Made by a program: the position numbers and the translations under genes
Shown: positions 39,301 to 54,300 of the stretch, piece after piece
Layout: each line of letters opens with the position of its first letter
Numbering within the stretch: the stretch's first letter is position 1
Notes under the pieces: generated by a model
What the model saw: the letters and a program-made list of their open reading frames with translations, nothing else
Database searches by the model: none
What the model was told of the DNA's origin: nothing
NCBI GenBank assembly: GCA_040954595.2
Contig: CM082576.2
Location: 4,128,760 to 4,192,759, forward strand
Direction: 5' to 3'
Source: Balanoglossus misakiensis
Lineage: Eukaryota > Animalia > Hemichordata
DNA length: 64,000 bases

Positions 39301-42300
39301 ATAGATTAAATACTGACACGGGTGTATTTATCAGAAAATATATTCGCCATCCCTCGTCACAGCCGTCAACTGCTAACATTTTTCAGGAGAGTTCTGGGGA
39401 TCGACGATGCTAGATGTAGACAGGAAAATTAGAATGGCTCCTCATCCCACCCACGTCTCATCTCTCACACGCCAACCCACCCATCCCATCCATTAAACCC
39501 TCTCCCCCCCCCCCCCCCCCACCACAACCACCACCACACACACAGTTTTCTGAGGGTGTTGAATGGATAATATGAATACCTGATCCCCTCTGATTGGCTG
39601 AAAGATGTGGCGAAACTGTACCTGCTGGCAAATGATATCGTGCAGAATTTATACTTTCGAACCCCGAGTGATTCAATTTTCCAATTGAGTTTCAAGACAG
39701 AGCACCATCTTGAGTCTCTGCACAAAATTTGTGAGGCCCACAAGTCTTGGTTGTAAATGGCTGTGAACACATCATTAACGAATTTGTTGCTGGCCATGCA
39801 TTGATACCAGACACGGAATAAGTCCTGAATAAGACTGGTGTTGTTTTTAATACTATCATTCTGCAGGAATTTAAAAACCTTCATTTTATCAAGTTCACTT
39901 AACATTTTTCCTCAAAGCTTTCGAGCCAAATTTCAGTGCTCTTTTTTTCTTGCACTTCAAGCATTTTTTTACTTAAAATACTTTGCTTGATACCAGTGCC
40001 ATTTCATCCATTTTTTCTGTAGCATCAAGATTTTAAGATTTTGACATGACGGAACTACAACATGCACATTTTTTTTAAAAACTGCTTCCCTCTTTCATAA
40101 TAGATGGCAACAGATGCCATATATGGGCATGATTTGAAAGAGAATTACGGGCGTTCACTTGATGATACTTGTTGTGTCACACATCTGACACTAACCTGTC
40201 AAACATCTCAATGTCACCATTCTGACAAGTATGTCCGGGAAACTTTTCGTGAAATGCACCACAAAAAATTACCATCTTTGATTCTTCACATTGACTTCAA
40301 AACACACTCACAAGCGTTCTGCTAAAGCTATAATAAATGGAAAACCATTTTTAATTTCCCCACCTGTACACTGATAGGGGTCGTAAAACGTTTATACACG
40401 ACAAGTTATTGAGGGACGAGTTTCCATATAAGGAAACACCACCCCATTGGTGACCTTTGACCCTATTAATCCGCACGGTAATTGAATTGCGGAGAAAACG
40501 GAGGCGTACACGGCTTTAGAATTAAACGCAGAAGCTTGATTGCGATCAAAAGGATGGGTCCATCATATCCATTATGGAGGAAACATTCACGTACTAATGC
40601 AATTTTGAAATGCACGTCTTAGTTAAGGTGCAGAGTTCAAAGAGGCTAAGAGAGAGACATGGCTGATGTGTGCGGATTGAATGGGATAGGCACTTTAAAC
40701 ACAGGGAAACGGTTGCAGGATTATATTTCAAGTCCCAATAGCTGCGTTTTTATCGTGTTTTTCCTTCTGTTCTGTATCCTTCAATTTTACTTTCAGTTCA
40801 CAGGCTGACACAGGTCTCTTTAAAAGAGGAATTTTCTCTCTTCCATCACAAACAACTTAGTTTACATATCCAGGTATTGAGAGTAATCTTTCGGCATACT
40901 TTAAATCCAAAAGAGCAATGAACTCGCGCATCTTAACAATGGGGACCTAATGAGCTTCTTCTTGGAGCTAAAACATGATTTAACTTCTCCATCTCTGGAC
41001 GAGGTTTAATCCAGCACATAATCTATTATTAAATGAAGTGATCAAAGTGACATATATCCCACCCAGTCATCTTCAGGTTTATCCACACACACACACACAC
41101 AAAAAGCTAATCTTGGTGATTCCCTACTTTCCTTGGGAAATTATAAACTGACAGCTACAAAACAAAATCAGGCAAGATAGAATCTTGGGAAAAGCTGAAG
41201 TGAGATGAAAATCTAGGATTAGTCTGCCGGGGGCATGATGTCATATGAAACTAAAATTGCATATATTGTCCTGTTTGAAATTGAGATGGTATTCCGTATT
41301 ACATGCATATTTTCTTGTTAAATAAATGTGGCCACTTCGAAAGCTACATCAAAGCACTGGTACCCATTTCCTGAGAGCTATACTCCCTCTGTAAAGTTAT
41401 TATTTTAATCCCCTCCTCCAAGACTAACAGACTACAGTACCTTTCCTTTCCACCTACACTACACTGTCATACTTCTGTTCATCATACTTCTCTTTATTTC
41501 CGATCTTTCCGGATACATTTAAATGTTAATGTCTGTTGCTCGATCCATTTCCTTTCCATGGCAATGATGAAGAGAAATTGTACACCTTCATAAAAATGAA
41601 CATCTTTATTTTTTTTTCTCATACATAATTTTTTTACCCTCATATGTAATTATCCTGACAAAATATAATTTGCCCACTTTTTCTCCATTCAGGCACCATC
41701 ACTATTAACATGAATAATCTCAACACCAATTTAACCTGACAGGTCCCTGTCACACTGTCAGTCAGCTGGTCTCTCCGAGTCGTACGTGCAGCACCAAAAA
41801 AAATCACCCCAAGACACAGGGTCACATATATCTTTACAGAATTACCATCGCACGATTCAGCACATCCAATTTCAGGAGACGCCTGATTAATTTGTTTTGC
41901 CGGTCACCCCGACATGTGCTCGCATCTGTCACTCACGGAGAACCACACGAGACAGCTCTGCCCCATGGCATGATGGGTATGCCATGGACTGGCGGATATC
42001 CGTTTACATGGGGAAGTGCTTTGCTCGTTTGATATTTCAAGTATGTATTACATTTTGGTGACATCACAGACGGAGTTCAAGTTTTCGCCGCAGGAAGTCA
42101 GGATCATCCGCCACTACTGACTGGACTGCTGAACCAGGGCTGTCTTAACCAAATGCTCTCTTTTACTGCTGCAATATTTACTTCACCAATCTTATCATGA
42201 AGCCCAAGACAACAAACACTGCATATCTCTCCTTGCAAGACAGTTACAGATGGATCTGTGGGCCCCGTATCTGACATACCCCTACACCAAACAAAATTTC

Positions 42301-45300
42301 TTACCAAATTTGGATATCCCATGTGTTTGATTATATTTGCATTCTGACAAGAGTCCCTCTAATGTCCGTATACATTATTAAATGAATTGACCTAACCTAT
42401 CTTCTAATTTATTTTGTTCTCTTCTTGTTGCGATACATGGTGGAAATTATCTTATTTCTAGCAGCAATCAAAATGACATCATTAATGCTATTGTTTCTGG
42501 GGTAAATATACAAAAGAAACACTGTAGATTGAAAACAGGGGACACATTTTATGGCCCAATGAGACCTTGATTACTTTGCCATGTAGAACATTCATCATCT
42601 CGCTTCATCACACATGGCCATTCTCCTGGAAACATTTCATCCTTTTTTTTATATCATCCCGTATTTTTTTCTCTCAATGAAGACACTCATAAACTTCAAT
42701 TTGATTTGGGTCATCTGGAAGTGAGGGTGAACAAACACTGTTTAATTGGGGCTTTTTTGAACATGACACATTTTACATGCATATAAATGTACTAGGTAAA
42801 TTACTGGTGCTGAATAATTTATTTTTATGAATTCATAATGACCACTGTGCCTTACGTCAGCGTGTGTCGTGATGTAGACTCCACATATTGTATTTGTCAA
42901 TTCATTTGTATTTCAGTCTAGTGCCTTTATGTTCTTCGTGTTCTTTTTTTTCATGATCCACATTGAAAATGTGGCACACCCATTTTACAGATACAATGTG
43001 TGATATTGCAAAAACAAGCATTTGCCCAGGGCTTACACTTTCACACTAGATATTTTTGGGAAGGAATTTGCATTTTCCTGCATAAAATCATATGATGATA
43101 TCGATGACAATTTTCAGCCAGAACAACCAACAGTGACTGACAATTGGTATTGAAGCTATCTGGCATCGTGTCTTCTAAATGTGGCTGCCTACAGTTGCTG
43201 TTTACGAGCAATACGTGACTGTCCAATCACATTCTACTACACAAGTAGCTGTGTATGCAGACTACGATTGGACACATTAATAGCACATAACCAGCAGTTT
43301 TATAGACCCATCTGAACAATATAACATAGTTTACAATTTCCACAATTGAACTGTCACATACATAATTCAATTTTCAATCGTACTGTACTATTAGAGTGTA
43401 TATCTCCTGTAAGATTTTCAGATCAGGGCCCTAACATGCCTCATGAATAATGTGCAACCAGCGGCATGGACAAACTGATCAGATCGAGTGAACACTCCAG
43501 TTTTTGTATACGACCACCGGTAACAAATCATTTATTCAGAAATATTTTTCCATGTGAATGTCAGGCTAGGATAGACACTCCCTTGACTTACAGAAATGAT
43601 CACGGGTTCTTTTCAAACTATAGCTAACACTAGGCTAGCAATGAGCTGGCCCAGTACTTGTTGGACTATTGCCGTTACAGCTCATGCATACTGTTTTATA
43701 GCCAGATGTAGCCCTGTTCTATTGTTCTGCATTTGTATGCTAATTATGAACTATGACGATAAGATGTTTAACTTGCTAACCCACCGACTGGCATTGGCCT
43801 GGCACAGGGCTGACCCAGTTAGAAACTTGATTATGACCTGTATTGTATACGAATATATAACAGTCAAACACACAATTACAATTGCTCTTTTTTTAAAAGC
43901 TTAGCAACAGATGTCAAATAATGACCACACCCTGTCACGATTTCATGGATTTTTTATCATTTTCATTAGTTTATATTTAAAGCCAATATTATAATACAGA
44001 TCACAGTATTTAGAGAGAAAAAACTTAAAAACATATATTCTAGAAATAACGAGCCTGTAATTGTTAACATTTATCTCTGGTCACTCACTGTCTGTTTTTC
44101 ATAAGGCAATACAAAGCCACAGTCAATATTTGCATATGCAAAGCGGTTATCTAATTATATTACTATTCTGCACATTGGCGTGGGTGTCAGCTCTGTAATA
44201 CCTGCTTTTGCCACAGTATCTATAAAAAATAGACCAACAGATATCAGCTATAGAATTCCAATACCCGCCGCATCTATAAGTATATCTTGAGAGATTTCAG
44301 TTTAATACAGAAATTTCATTATCAAATTTATAGCACCTATTTTATAGTACCGACAATTATAGACCAATTGGTGAACAATGGTACATGTATGCAGTATCTC
44401 AATGCAGGCCCTCAACTATGGAATGATAAATATGGGGTTACAGAATTCTATTAATAAACTCCAGCACTTTTAGTTATAAAAATTGGATTAAGTTGCAGCC
44501 TTCCATTATCAACTCAACCATGGCACAAGCGAACTATTTTTGACTGATCAATAATGGATTATTGTATCTACAGACTGATTCAATGCATGGAGTGACTAAT
44601 AATGTACTGCTGTACATGTTCCAAAAAAAGCAGAATGATTGTTACTATGGCAACAGAAAATTGAAATGACATAAAGTGTATACATTCAATAAGTTGTCCC
44701 AGGAAATGTCAGTTAAATTATTCAGCTAGCATATAGTATTACATAATTTTCCTGATGTTTCTTATTAACACTTTTATTTGAAATGGTACCAGGTTCTCAC
44801 AATTACTCCTCATCAAAATGCATTGAAGCCACAGAAATATTACAGCCTGTGTAGGGGATCTATGTTTTAATGTACTTTTTTCTTAGATTTCTTCTTTCAA
44901 TGCAAAAGGCCATGCGACCTTGTGTCTCTACTCTAGTCTTGCAAGTTCAAATTTATAATTTGAGGGAGAACTCCGGACCTGAGACAAACGTGGCATCCCA
45001 CAGTTCACTGTAATTAATCGCAGAACATGACCTTGCATCGATTGGTTGTGGAAACTGTCAATTATGTTAATATTACCGCAATGAATGCATAAATCTACAT
45101 CTAATCAATAGATCATATTTTGGCACCGTTTCAATTTAGTATTCCCTGGAACATGATGGCCTCTATGAATATTCATGACAGATGTAGAAACTATCGGACA
45201 ACATCATTCATCAGATGCCACCTTGTTCTGTTGGAATAATAAGGGGATTTTGTAAGGCAGTGTTTTGGGGCGCTGGGTGTGCAACACAATATAGTGATCT

Positions 45301-48300
45301 GGATTCCCTCAGGGCAAGATCCTAAAGAAGAAAGGGAAGATGTGAGAAAATGAGGATTTTTGAGATTTGCGGGTGGGGAGGTTAAGGAACGTTATGTAAT
45401 TTAAACCCTTTCACCATCCGCATAGTTTGGTCGAAATCTTTTGTTCTCAGTGGTAAAGTTGCACTCTACAATGTACAGTGTTATAACTTGAATAGGGGTG
45501 AAAGGGTTGATAGAGGCGAAAACCTGAGCTACAGGCAGCAGAGAGGGAACTGTGTCGGACTAAGACTGCATCTGGTACAGTCTCCATCATATCAGACTCT
45601 CTCACAGCCAGGCTGGTCTGGTTGAATGCCATACACTGATGCCCCACCCCCTCCAAGCAGAGGACAGAGCCAGCATAGAAGTGTGTAGAGAAAGTCACCG
45701 GCTACTATGCTTCAATCCAGCTGATATTAGGCTTGGCCTGGCTTGGTCTGGAGTCAGAAGGCATTTGAGCAGCCGGCAATTCAGGAGGGGGAGGGGTGGA
45801 GAATGTGAGAGTGTCATAATATTGGTTAAGCTGGACGTGGTGGCTTTTGTGGTTTATTTACTTTCACCAGAAGAGGAGCGTGTGTGGTGTGTCTGTTTGG
45901 AGACTAAATAAATGAGTACACAAAGTTACACACCTGTTGATTTAGGGGAGGTTTCAATCAAGTTGGATACCTTGATCACATACATGTATTCATATACAAG
46001 CAAATACACGTACAGAACCATTTGTGGTTTACGTAATGCAACTCAGAAGAGAGCTCCACGCAAGTTCACACCTGAACAACGTCGAACAAGAGACAAGGCC
46101 ACACCCTGAAAGAAATACTACCATCGTTACGCTTTCATTTTTTTTCATGGTCCCTGGATGTTTCACATTCAACATTCACTTACATAATTTAAGTTAGTTT
46201 TACTTTTAATCCGAACCGTGACAGATCAATTAAACTTTTCAAAAAATTCCTCCCTGTAGAACTATACATGACAAGATTTATAGAGAAATTAGTCACTGAC
46301 ATTTCACATCACACTTTTTCCCCCATACACTCAATTTAATGAAGCATTTTCCCCCCTAAAATACGGAAACACAGACACCTGTAAAGACTTGCAGAGGGCA
46401 CTTAACATAACCCATGTCTCCATGAGAGAGATTGATTTACTATGCTGCAGGGAATTTGGTTAAAATGATTGGAAAAGCCAAGGAACGCTGACTAGCTTGC
46501 CACCCACACAGACAGTATTCATTTTCAAGACCCACTACTTGTGGAAAGTGAGACAGCAACAGATCCATGTATATGTACAAGAGTTTCCATTCCGGGCAGT
46601 TTGCTGCTTGCTGGCAATATGTAAAATAAATCTAAAATAGGGCTTTTTTGATTGAGGGTACATATAGATGTTACTTAAATGAAGCGATGCCTCTTGACCA
46701 ATGAACACACATATTTCAGCTGGCATTATTCCAATGTGGAGCAAGTTGTTCTGAAGATGGCCACTGATGTTTGGCATATAGCAAACTTTAATACAACCTC
46801 GATGCACCCATTTGAACAGAGTGATTGTAACATATTTTACGCACTAAAGGGGAAAAGAAGTGAACCATAATGACCAACAACACCGATCACTGACCACACA
46901 ACTGGTCAAGCCTGAAGGTTCTTCAAAAGCTCAATTATAAATTTTTCTTGTTCCATCACGACTCACACCTGATTGGTTTAATCACAAAGGCAGGGTGTAA
47001 TCCTTTGCTTCTTTCAATGACAACCGTGAAGCCCTACAATAACATCTTCCTGACAGCCAACAACAGCAACTCAAGTCACGGAGATCTGACGTCCAGTCTG
47101 TACGTAACTGAGAGGCCTTTGTGGTCATCTCAGTTAGAGGAATTCAGCATCGTGACATCACGTCCGCTGTCTCTTATCTTTCGAAGCCGACGAAGAAGCC
47201 ATAAACACACAATCACACGCTCAATGGAAATATTAATTTATATATTAAATTTTTTACGGCATGTCATTCAGTTCAATATCCAGAGTATTATCATTCAGGT
47301 GGCACTCGGTCTCCCCGGACGACAGTAAATCATCACTGAATGCCTCGTGAGAAATTTCCTCCTTCATATTCAAGAATCCTGCTCTTGTTTCATGATACGG
47401 CTTCCCTCCAACGCAGGTTCACCCACGCATCTCACTGCCAAAAACACATCCACTTTGCCATCCCCATCCCCATCCCTTTCCCATCCCCTTCCCCATCTCC
47501 ATCCCCAACCAGGCAATTGCATTCTGGGAAATCCGCCATGCAAATCACAACAATGCAAAGTGTAAATTGTCAATTTACTTTTTGTACAAATAGTAGACTC
47601 AATAATGTGTATTGATTGGTGACAATTCAAACAACCACATCTATTGTATTATAAGACTGAAAACCTATCAATTACATAACCATGCAGGGGCATGTATATT
47701 CATTTTTTGTAGAATGTTAATTCCAATGATCCTCTGCTGTTTTTGACCATCCATGTTATTGAAGAAACTAAAAATGTTACTTTGTTATTCAGTTTTTTTA
47801 CAAATACTGCTCATAATACACTCTTTGAGGAGTGAAATGCCCCCAAAACAAAACAAAGCCATTCTGGGATTTGTAATACATCACCAATGCTGCCATATTT
47901 TCATAATTCCATGTCAGGGGAAGATATTTTTCTGACTTGCTCTCTGAATCTCATTAATTATTTTCTCTGGAGTTTCGTCACAGAACATTTGGTTTTGTAT
48001 AACAGTAAATTGCATTTCCCATCACAAAAGATTTCAGGATTTGTAATACGCATGATGATACATGATAACATGATTGTCCCAGATTTTTTATTTCATCCTT
48101 AAAAGCTTTTCATTAGGGTGCCTTTTGAAGTCTTGAGCATCACCATTAACGTGCATCCCCTGTTGGAAATAGCACACGTTGGATGCATGCGCACGCACAC
48201 ACACTCACATACACATAATCCCCCCTTCAGACACACATACCAACACACCTTGACAATACACGTACTGATCACAGTCAAGTATTGCCAAAACAACAATGAG

Positions 48301-51300
48301 TGATTATCAGTGGTTTGTGAGTGAGCAAGCTAATTTGGGTTTGACGTTGTCAGTTGGACGTCATAAGCCTCAACATGTAGGATTTTCTGTTAAGTACAAC
48401 GATTACCATTCTGACAAATAGGTATCTGGTGTACCTTACGTAAAAGGCTACATAACACACTTGAAACTAATGCGTGGATAACAGACGAATGCATGCAGTT
48501 ATCATGCTAAACAGCTTGCTAATCGTCCCTGCCTGATAATGCACAAATCTCTCATCGCTTTTTTTGTTTGTTTCAATTCTCATTGTCGCTCTGCACAGAC
48601 GCTGGTCAGTATTACACAAGACTGATCCAGCTATGAACCACTTCTGATTTTTGTTGAAAACAACTCAAGCTCCAGCTGACAGTGCGTTAAACCTTTCACC
48701 ACCATGGTTTGGTCCAAATCTATTGCTTTCTACGGTAAGGTTGGACCTTTAAAGAGGGGACCCGGGGGTTGAAAGGATTAAACACAGACTGAGACCCAGC
48801 AGTCTGAGCCCTCTCGGAACAATGGAGGCATTGCAGTTATTTTGACAGGATAAAAACACAGGACTGTACGTCACACTGAGGAAAGAACAAAGGTGCTCGC
48901 TCACGCATGTACACATGTAGCTGTAGACAAATTTCCATTCTACTCATAGCCAGGAAAACAATACATAAAGGCATCTATCTTATGATTTACATGGCTGCAG
49001 AGTAATCATTGTCCGTGCAAAACAATGAATGGAGGTGGATATCTCACAGCCAGCAAATTTCTGTCGTTGACAGAGTCAGCCAGCACCTTTCGTTTGCCTC
49101 TGGCTATTTTCTGCTGTCCCCCGCTATCCCATATTTTCACAGGTAATATATAAATAGCACAAGTTGAGCAAGTTCTGAACAAACACTTCAGTCTGTATAC
49201 ATTGTACAAGCAACCGCGAGTTACCATAGCTAAGTGCTTCCTAACTGGAAGAATTTCAACAACAGTTTATTTCAACTTGAATCAACATTTAGTTTTTTGT
49301 CAGAATGCAAACTGTGCCGACATGCATGCAATCACCCACTACAGCTTCCCCGGCCATGATTATAATCTCTCTGCATTAAACGTCAATTTTATATTATTAC
49401 GTAACCATCTTAAGTGGCGTGATAGTTGTAATAAGGTTTTTTTCCTCTCGGTTTGAGTTCATTTTATTAGGCAGCGGGATTAATAACTTTAATTAATGAC
49501 ATCCATGCACTTTGCCCATTTACGCCACTGCTAATATATTACAAATCCAATAGTTTTACTTGTTGGTGGGAATATTACAAAATCATCAGCTTCTCTGTGT
49601 TTTGATATTTGAATTCTACCCGAAAACCATGCTTAGGTATTAAAATTCAATGGGAAATATGGAAAATCGCATAGAAATGTGACTTTCTTTGCAACATAAT
49701 TGCTGTAATTCATCCTAAAACAAATACTAGCAGCATTTTGCTACTTGATCAGTTTTTTCCACAGTCCTTGATCTCAGTGAAGTATTATTAGGCAACAACA
49801 TGTTACAATATTCTAGGTTTTCAGTTTCCTCTGGCACCCACCAGTCGGCCAATAAACGTACATCAAAGTGCAAGACTGCAGGCAGTTCAAGGTACAACTT
49901 CATGCCCTTTAACTGTTTCACCTGGCCCTTGTTTACTCTCCTTGTTAATATTTGTCAAGTACTTTCAGGTCAATATGTGCCAGCAAAAATAGATACTGAG
50001 GGGTAATCTACTAGACCTGTTCAACATGTACATGTGTAATTTCGGTCAAAATCATATTATTCCAATTAATTGTCTCATAGCTCAGTTTCAGTAAGTTTTA
50101 TAGAAGTTCCTCAGTGGTATAAACATTTTTTTCATCAAGGAAAAACAAGACCAGCCTGACAGTATTGGACTCCATGACTCTTGTCTTCAGAAGAAAGCTG
50201 CAGATCGACCCCTGTGCACTATTTGAAAACAGACTCAGCTAACCAGGGACGATCAGAATTTTTTTCTACCATATCATAACAACTGTTTTGCAAAACACAT
50301 ATCTGTGATCACCAGTGTTTTGCATTATGGTGACTTAATTGTCCCTAAGACTCTTTTATGATAAAAAAAGCCCCTGAACAACAAAACGGCCAAGACACAA
50401 AACTTGAAAAGCACCATTGTAGTGAGAGTTGGTCAGGGGTGACATGCAGTAAGATTAATAGTAAGATTCTCGGTTGCGTCCTTCCATCTTTTGTCCGACA
50501 CAATGAACACACCCAACAACCGTTTCTAAAACTGACAGTTCTATTCACAATCCTTGCACGATTTATAGCTGGTCACTACTCCCTGTTTACCTCTAAAATA
50601 GAACACTGCAGCCTTGTGCGAAGACAATGTTTTGGACAAACTGTGTGTTTTGAAACTTTACCTGTAACGTTCAAGTTGCCTTGTGTAACTTAAACTATTC
50701 ACATATTTTGTTTGGTTTGGTTTACAAATTAATACCAAATATTGTTTCACTTTTCTTTTAATTTTCAGCTGTCAAAATGTTTGGATGTACATTCATATTT
50801 AGGAGACTATGACTTCCTTTGTTATGACTACTGCAGGGAAGATGACATTCCACCCCAAATGGGGGCAATCAACTAGTTAAGTGGGACACAATGTTTGCCG
50901 TGTGTCAACACTCAACACCTCTGGTAGTACATGAACTCCAGTAAGTGCCTGCCAACAAAGTTATGGTTGCCGCACTGATAGACAACAGAATATATGTTGG
51001 TATGGAAACGACAATGCAGTTTGTGTACTCAGAATGTCTTCAACGAAATTTACACTCTACGAGCACTCTACAGTACAACAATAGACCATAGGTACAGAAA
51101 ACGGCCAATACCCATAGTACAATAAACTCTTGGGAGTGCAACAACAGAATGTGGCATGTTCAAGAGAAACTACATCTCCCATAGTGCTCATTTGAATACC
51201 GCCTGACATTATTCATGATCTGTTTTGAGGTGTGTTCACCAGACTATCGAGAATGCCCCATCTATTACGCTATCTCTTCCCTGATGGATAAAAATCAGAT

Positions 51301-54300
51301 ATCAACAGTTTGCGGTAAACCAAATGATCGAACATATCATATCAGCACATCACTGATCAGCGCTGAGTGTCTCCAGGCTGGATATTTCACACAGGTATAA
51401 AGTACATAGGGGCCCACGCAAAAGATCCATTTACCACTCGTTTCACAGAACAAGTATGCAAGTCTTCACCACTTCATCAACTTTACATCTGCCGGTGCGT
51501 GATAGTACAACACGCGAGCCAAAGCCAAACACTATTGTTTGCTCCCTGAATGAGAAATGCACTGAATTTCCTGAGTTTGAAACAAACACTTCATTCCTTT
51601 ATCAGAACTTAACCACCTTCAGTACAGCAATAATGTTTAAGTATCCAGATTTACGATTTTGTAATACCTGGAAATAAATTTGAATTACAAGTCTTATACT
51701 GCAACGGGAATACCATCATCAATTTTACTTTAAATTTGCCCTTGCATGCTGAAAATATTTGCATACTCCCCTGCATTCTATTTTTGCCGGGCATAGGGGT
51801 GGGCTCGGTTTTTATCATCTTGTGTTTTTATCTCAACTTTCCGTATCAAAGATTACTTGGACGCAGTATAAGAATTTTTTTTTTATCGGCATTTAATAAT
51901 AACTTGATAGTCATCTAGCTAAAAGCATTACCTGCTTGATTTCATGAATACAGAAGCAGTAGCAGAGAGGCCTGGCACAGGGTTGCATTAAGGCACGTTC
52001 AGAGTGACCAAGCCCCCTCCCCTATAAAACACATCAAGAAAAACTACTGTTCCAAATTCACCGAGCAGAGGTCAAGTGGGCCACTTCAACTGCTCATCGT
52101 ATCTGATTATAATCAACTTAGGACAACCCAACACAAAACAAAGTCAAACAGCACATATGGTAGTGTGGTATCATCATTTTGCCATGCAGACATCATCTTG
52201 CGTTACCTGCTGGCCCCCATTCTTGCTGCATACATGCAAATTTGGAAACAAAACCTTGGGGATTTGGCCAAAAGATAATATTAAACACTTCAATAAAACG
52301 TGATACACAGGGAAATTTACTTTGTCACTTCAGTTCACAAGTTTAATTTTCTAAGTCATTCAGTCAACAGCATGGACACATATTAGAATGTTATTAGACA
52401 TCTGAAGCATCAGCAGTAATAATAGCTGCCCCCATTTCCCACAATGCAATGCCCCTTTCTTGAACATATTCAGTAGTTCATAAAAATATGACCATTACTT
52501 CTGACAATTTTTCTTTCCACTGTACCAATGGATGAGCGTTGATAGCAATACTTCTGTTTGAATTGCATGTGAACTGTAAATACCAATTTATTTCATAATA
52601 TGGAATTAACTACGCTCAAGATATTAGCATTTCCCTGTTCTTCTTTCATTAGAATATGTCAGTTTTCCTTTCCAAGCATGACAAATCCAAAGGCTATCAC
52701 CACAACTTGTCATAATTTTCTGAAAAAGCCACAAAAAAGGTCACAGACATTTGCAGTAAATTGACAATAAAAATGACATTTAATTTATATTGATTTACAT
52801 TGTAAAAGAGAGATGGAAAGAATTCAATGGATGTAGTCGGTGACATTCTGTGATGTAAATTCACCATGGGTTGGGGAACATGTTTTATTAATGGTGGGCA
52901 CACCACATTTATCAAGGAGGGGAGGAGGAGATTTGCATGTCACTAAAAGTCACACTCCTGGCACCCAGACTGACTTACAACTCACTGAACAGCGCTGTGT
53001 TGAATATTAAAATACAGATTCTGTCTCGGTCTGCAGCATTTTTTTTTCTAACTTCAGAGGGATGGGATTAGGTACATCTATTATGTGTCAACTTTGAAAT
53101 GTTCAATTTGTCTTTCTGAAGATGAATGTTCAACGAGTGACTTACTTCGGCACACAGATGTACACAATCCACGCATGAATAGACAAACACTGACAGAGTT
53201 ATCAACCTTCCCACAATGCATCTGGAGTTGGCAAAAACACAAGCTTTCCATTTCAACCTGATATTTCACAACCATCCCAAAAATATCCCACCTCCAAACT
53301 AAACCTGGCATTTGATTGACCCATGCATCAAGAATGCATGATAAAAATAGCTCCGTTTCTGTGGTAGGGGGTTCATCAATACAGTCTGTGGTCAACAAAT
53401 GTTATAATTGTGCCTTGTTAATTCTTTCTACCATATGCTATCTTATCTGCGTCCTGCATCTGGCCTTGTATTCACCAAACTATGCTCACTGTTATCTTGC
53501 TATTAAATTTTGACGATAAGTCCTGACATAATTCCAGAGTTACCCGTAATCGTATTCCACATCATTTTTTCTTCCCTTGCTGTTGCACCCTCAGGCAAAA
53601 GGATTGCAAAACTATTCTTTCTGAACGTACTCTGAAAAACACACAGGATGTGTCCATCTTTCTGAACCAGGAAAAAAAAATAACTTCTCAAGGTTGTCAT
53701 GACACTAGCTAACCTGAATTCACTCCTTCATTTTTATGCTGTAGCTATAAAAGAATATGTGTGGCATGTTGGACATACTGCTCCAAGGTCGTCAATATTA
53801 AGTCATTCAGAAAACGTCAGTGATACCTTCTGCATGGTCTGACAATTATAGTCTTCATGATCACATGACTATACATACAAAAAACTGACACCACTATATT
53901 TCTGGCTCAAAATTCCTATTTCTCAAAATATCTGTTTGATATATCTCCAAATGTGATTATTTTAGAAACAGGCAACTGTTAATTTTGCGCAAAATAGAAT
54001 GCTGTATATTGTTAGTGAAGAAGAACACAGCAGGCTGATGGAAAATTTCACATTATCATTGTCCATGCTTATTATTTCATTCCTCTGATGGTTTACAAGG
54101 CCAATGACATTTTGTGGGCTTCACGCAGCCTCATTCAGTTGTTGACAAGAAGACAACAAACAAGAACCCAGATAGCGACAGACAGCTTCGATCACGCCAC
54201 AGCTTCATTCAAATTCACCTATTACCACCAAACTTGCTGCAATTCTTTTTTTTTCTGTTCATGAATGAACACATTTCTTTTACAACACAGCGAGAAGAGA

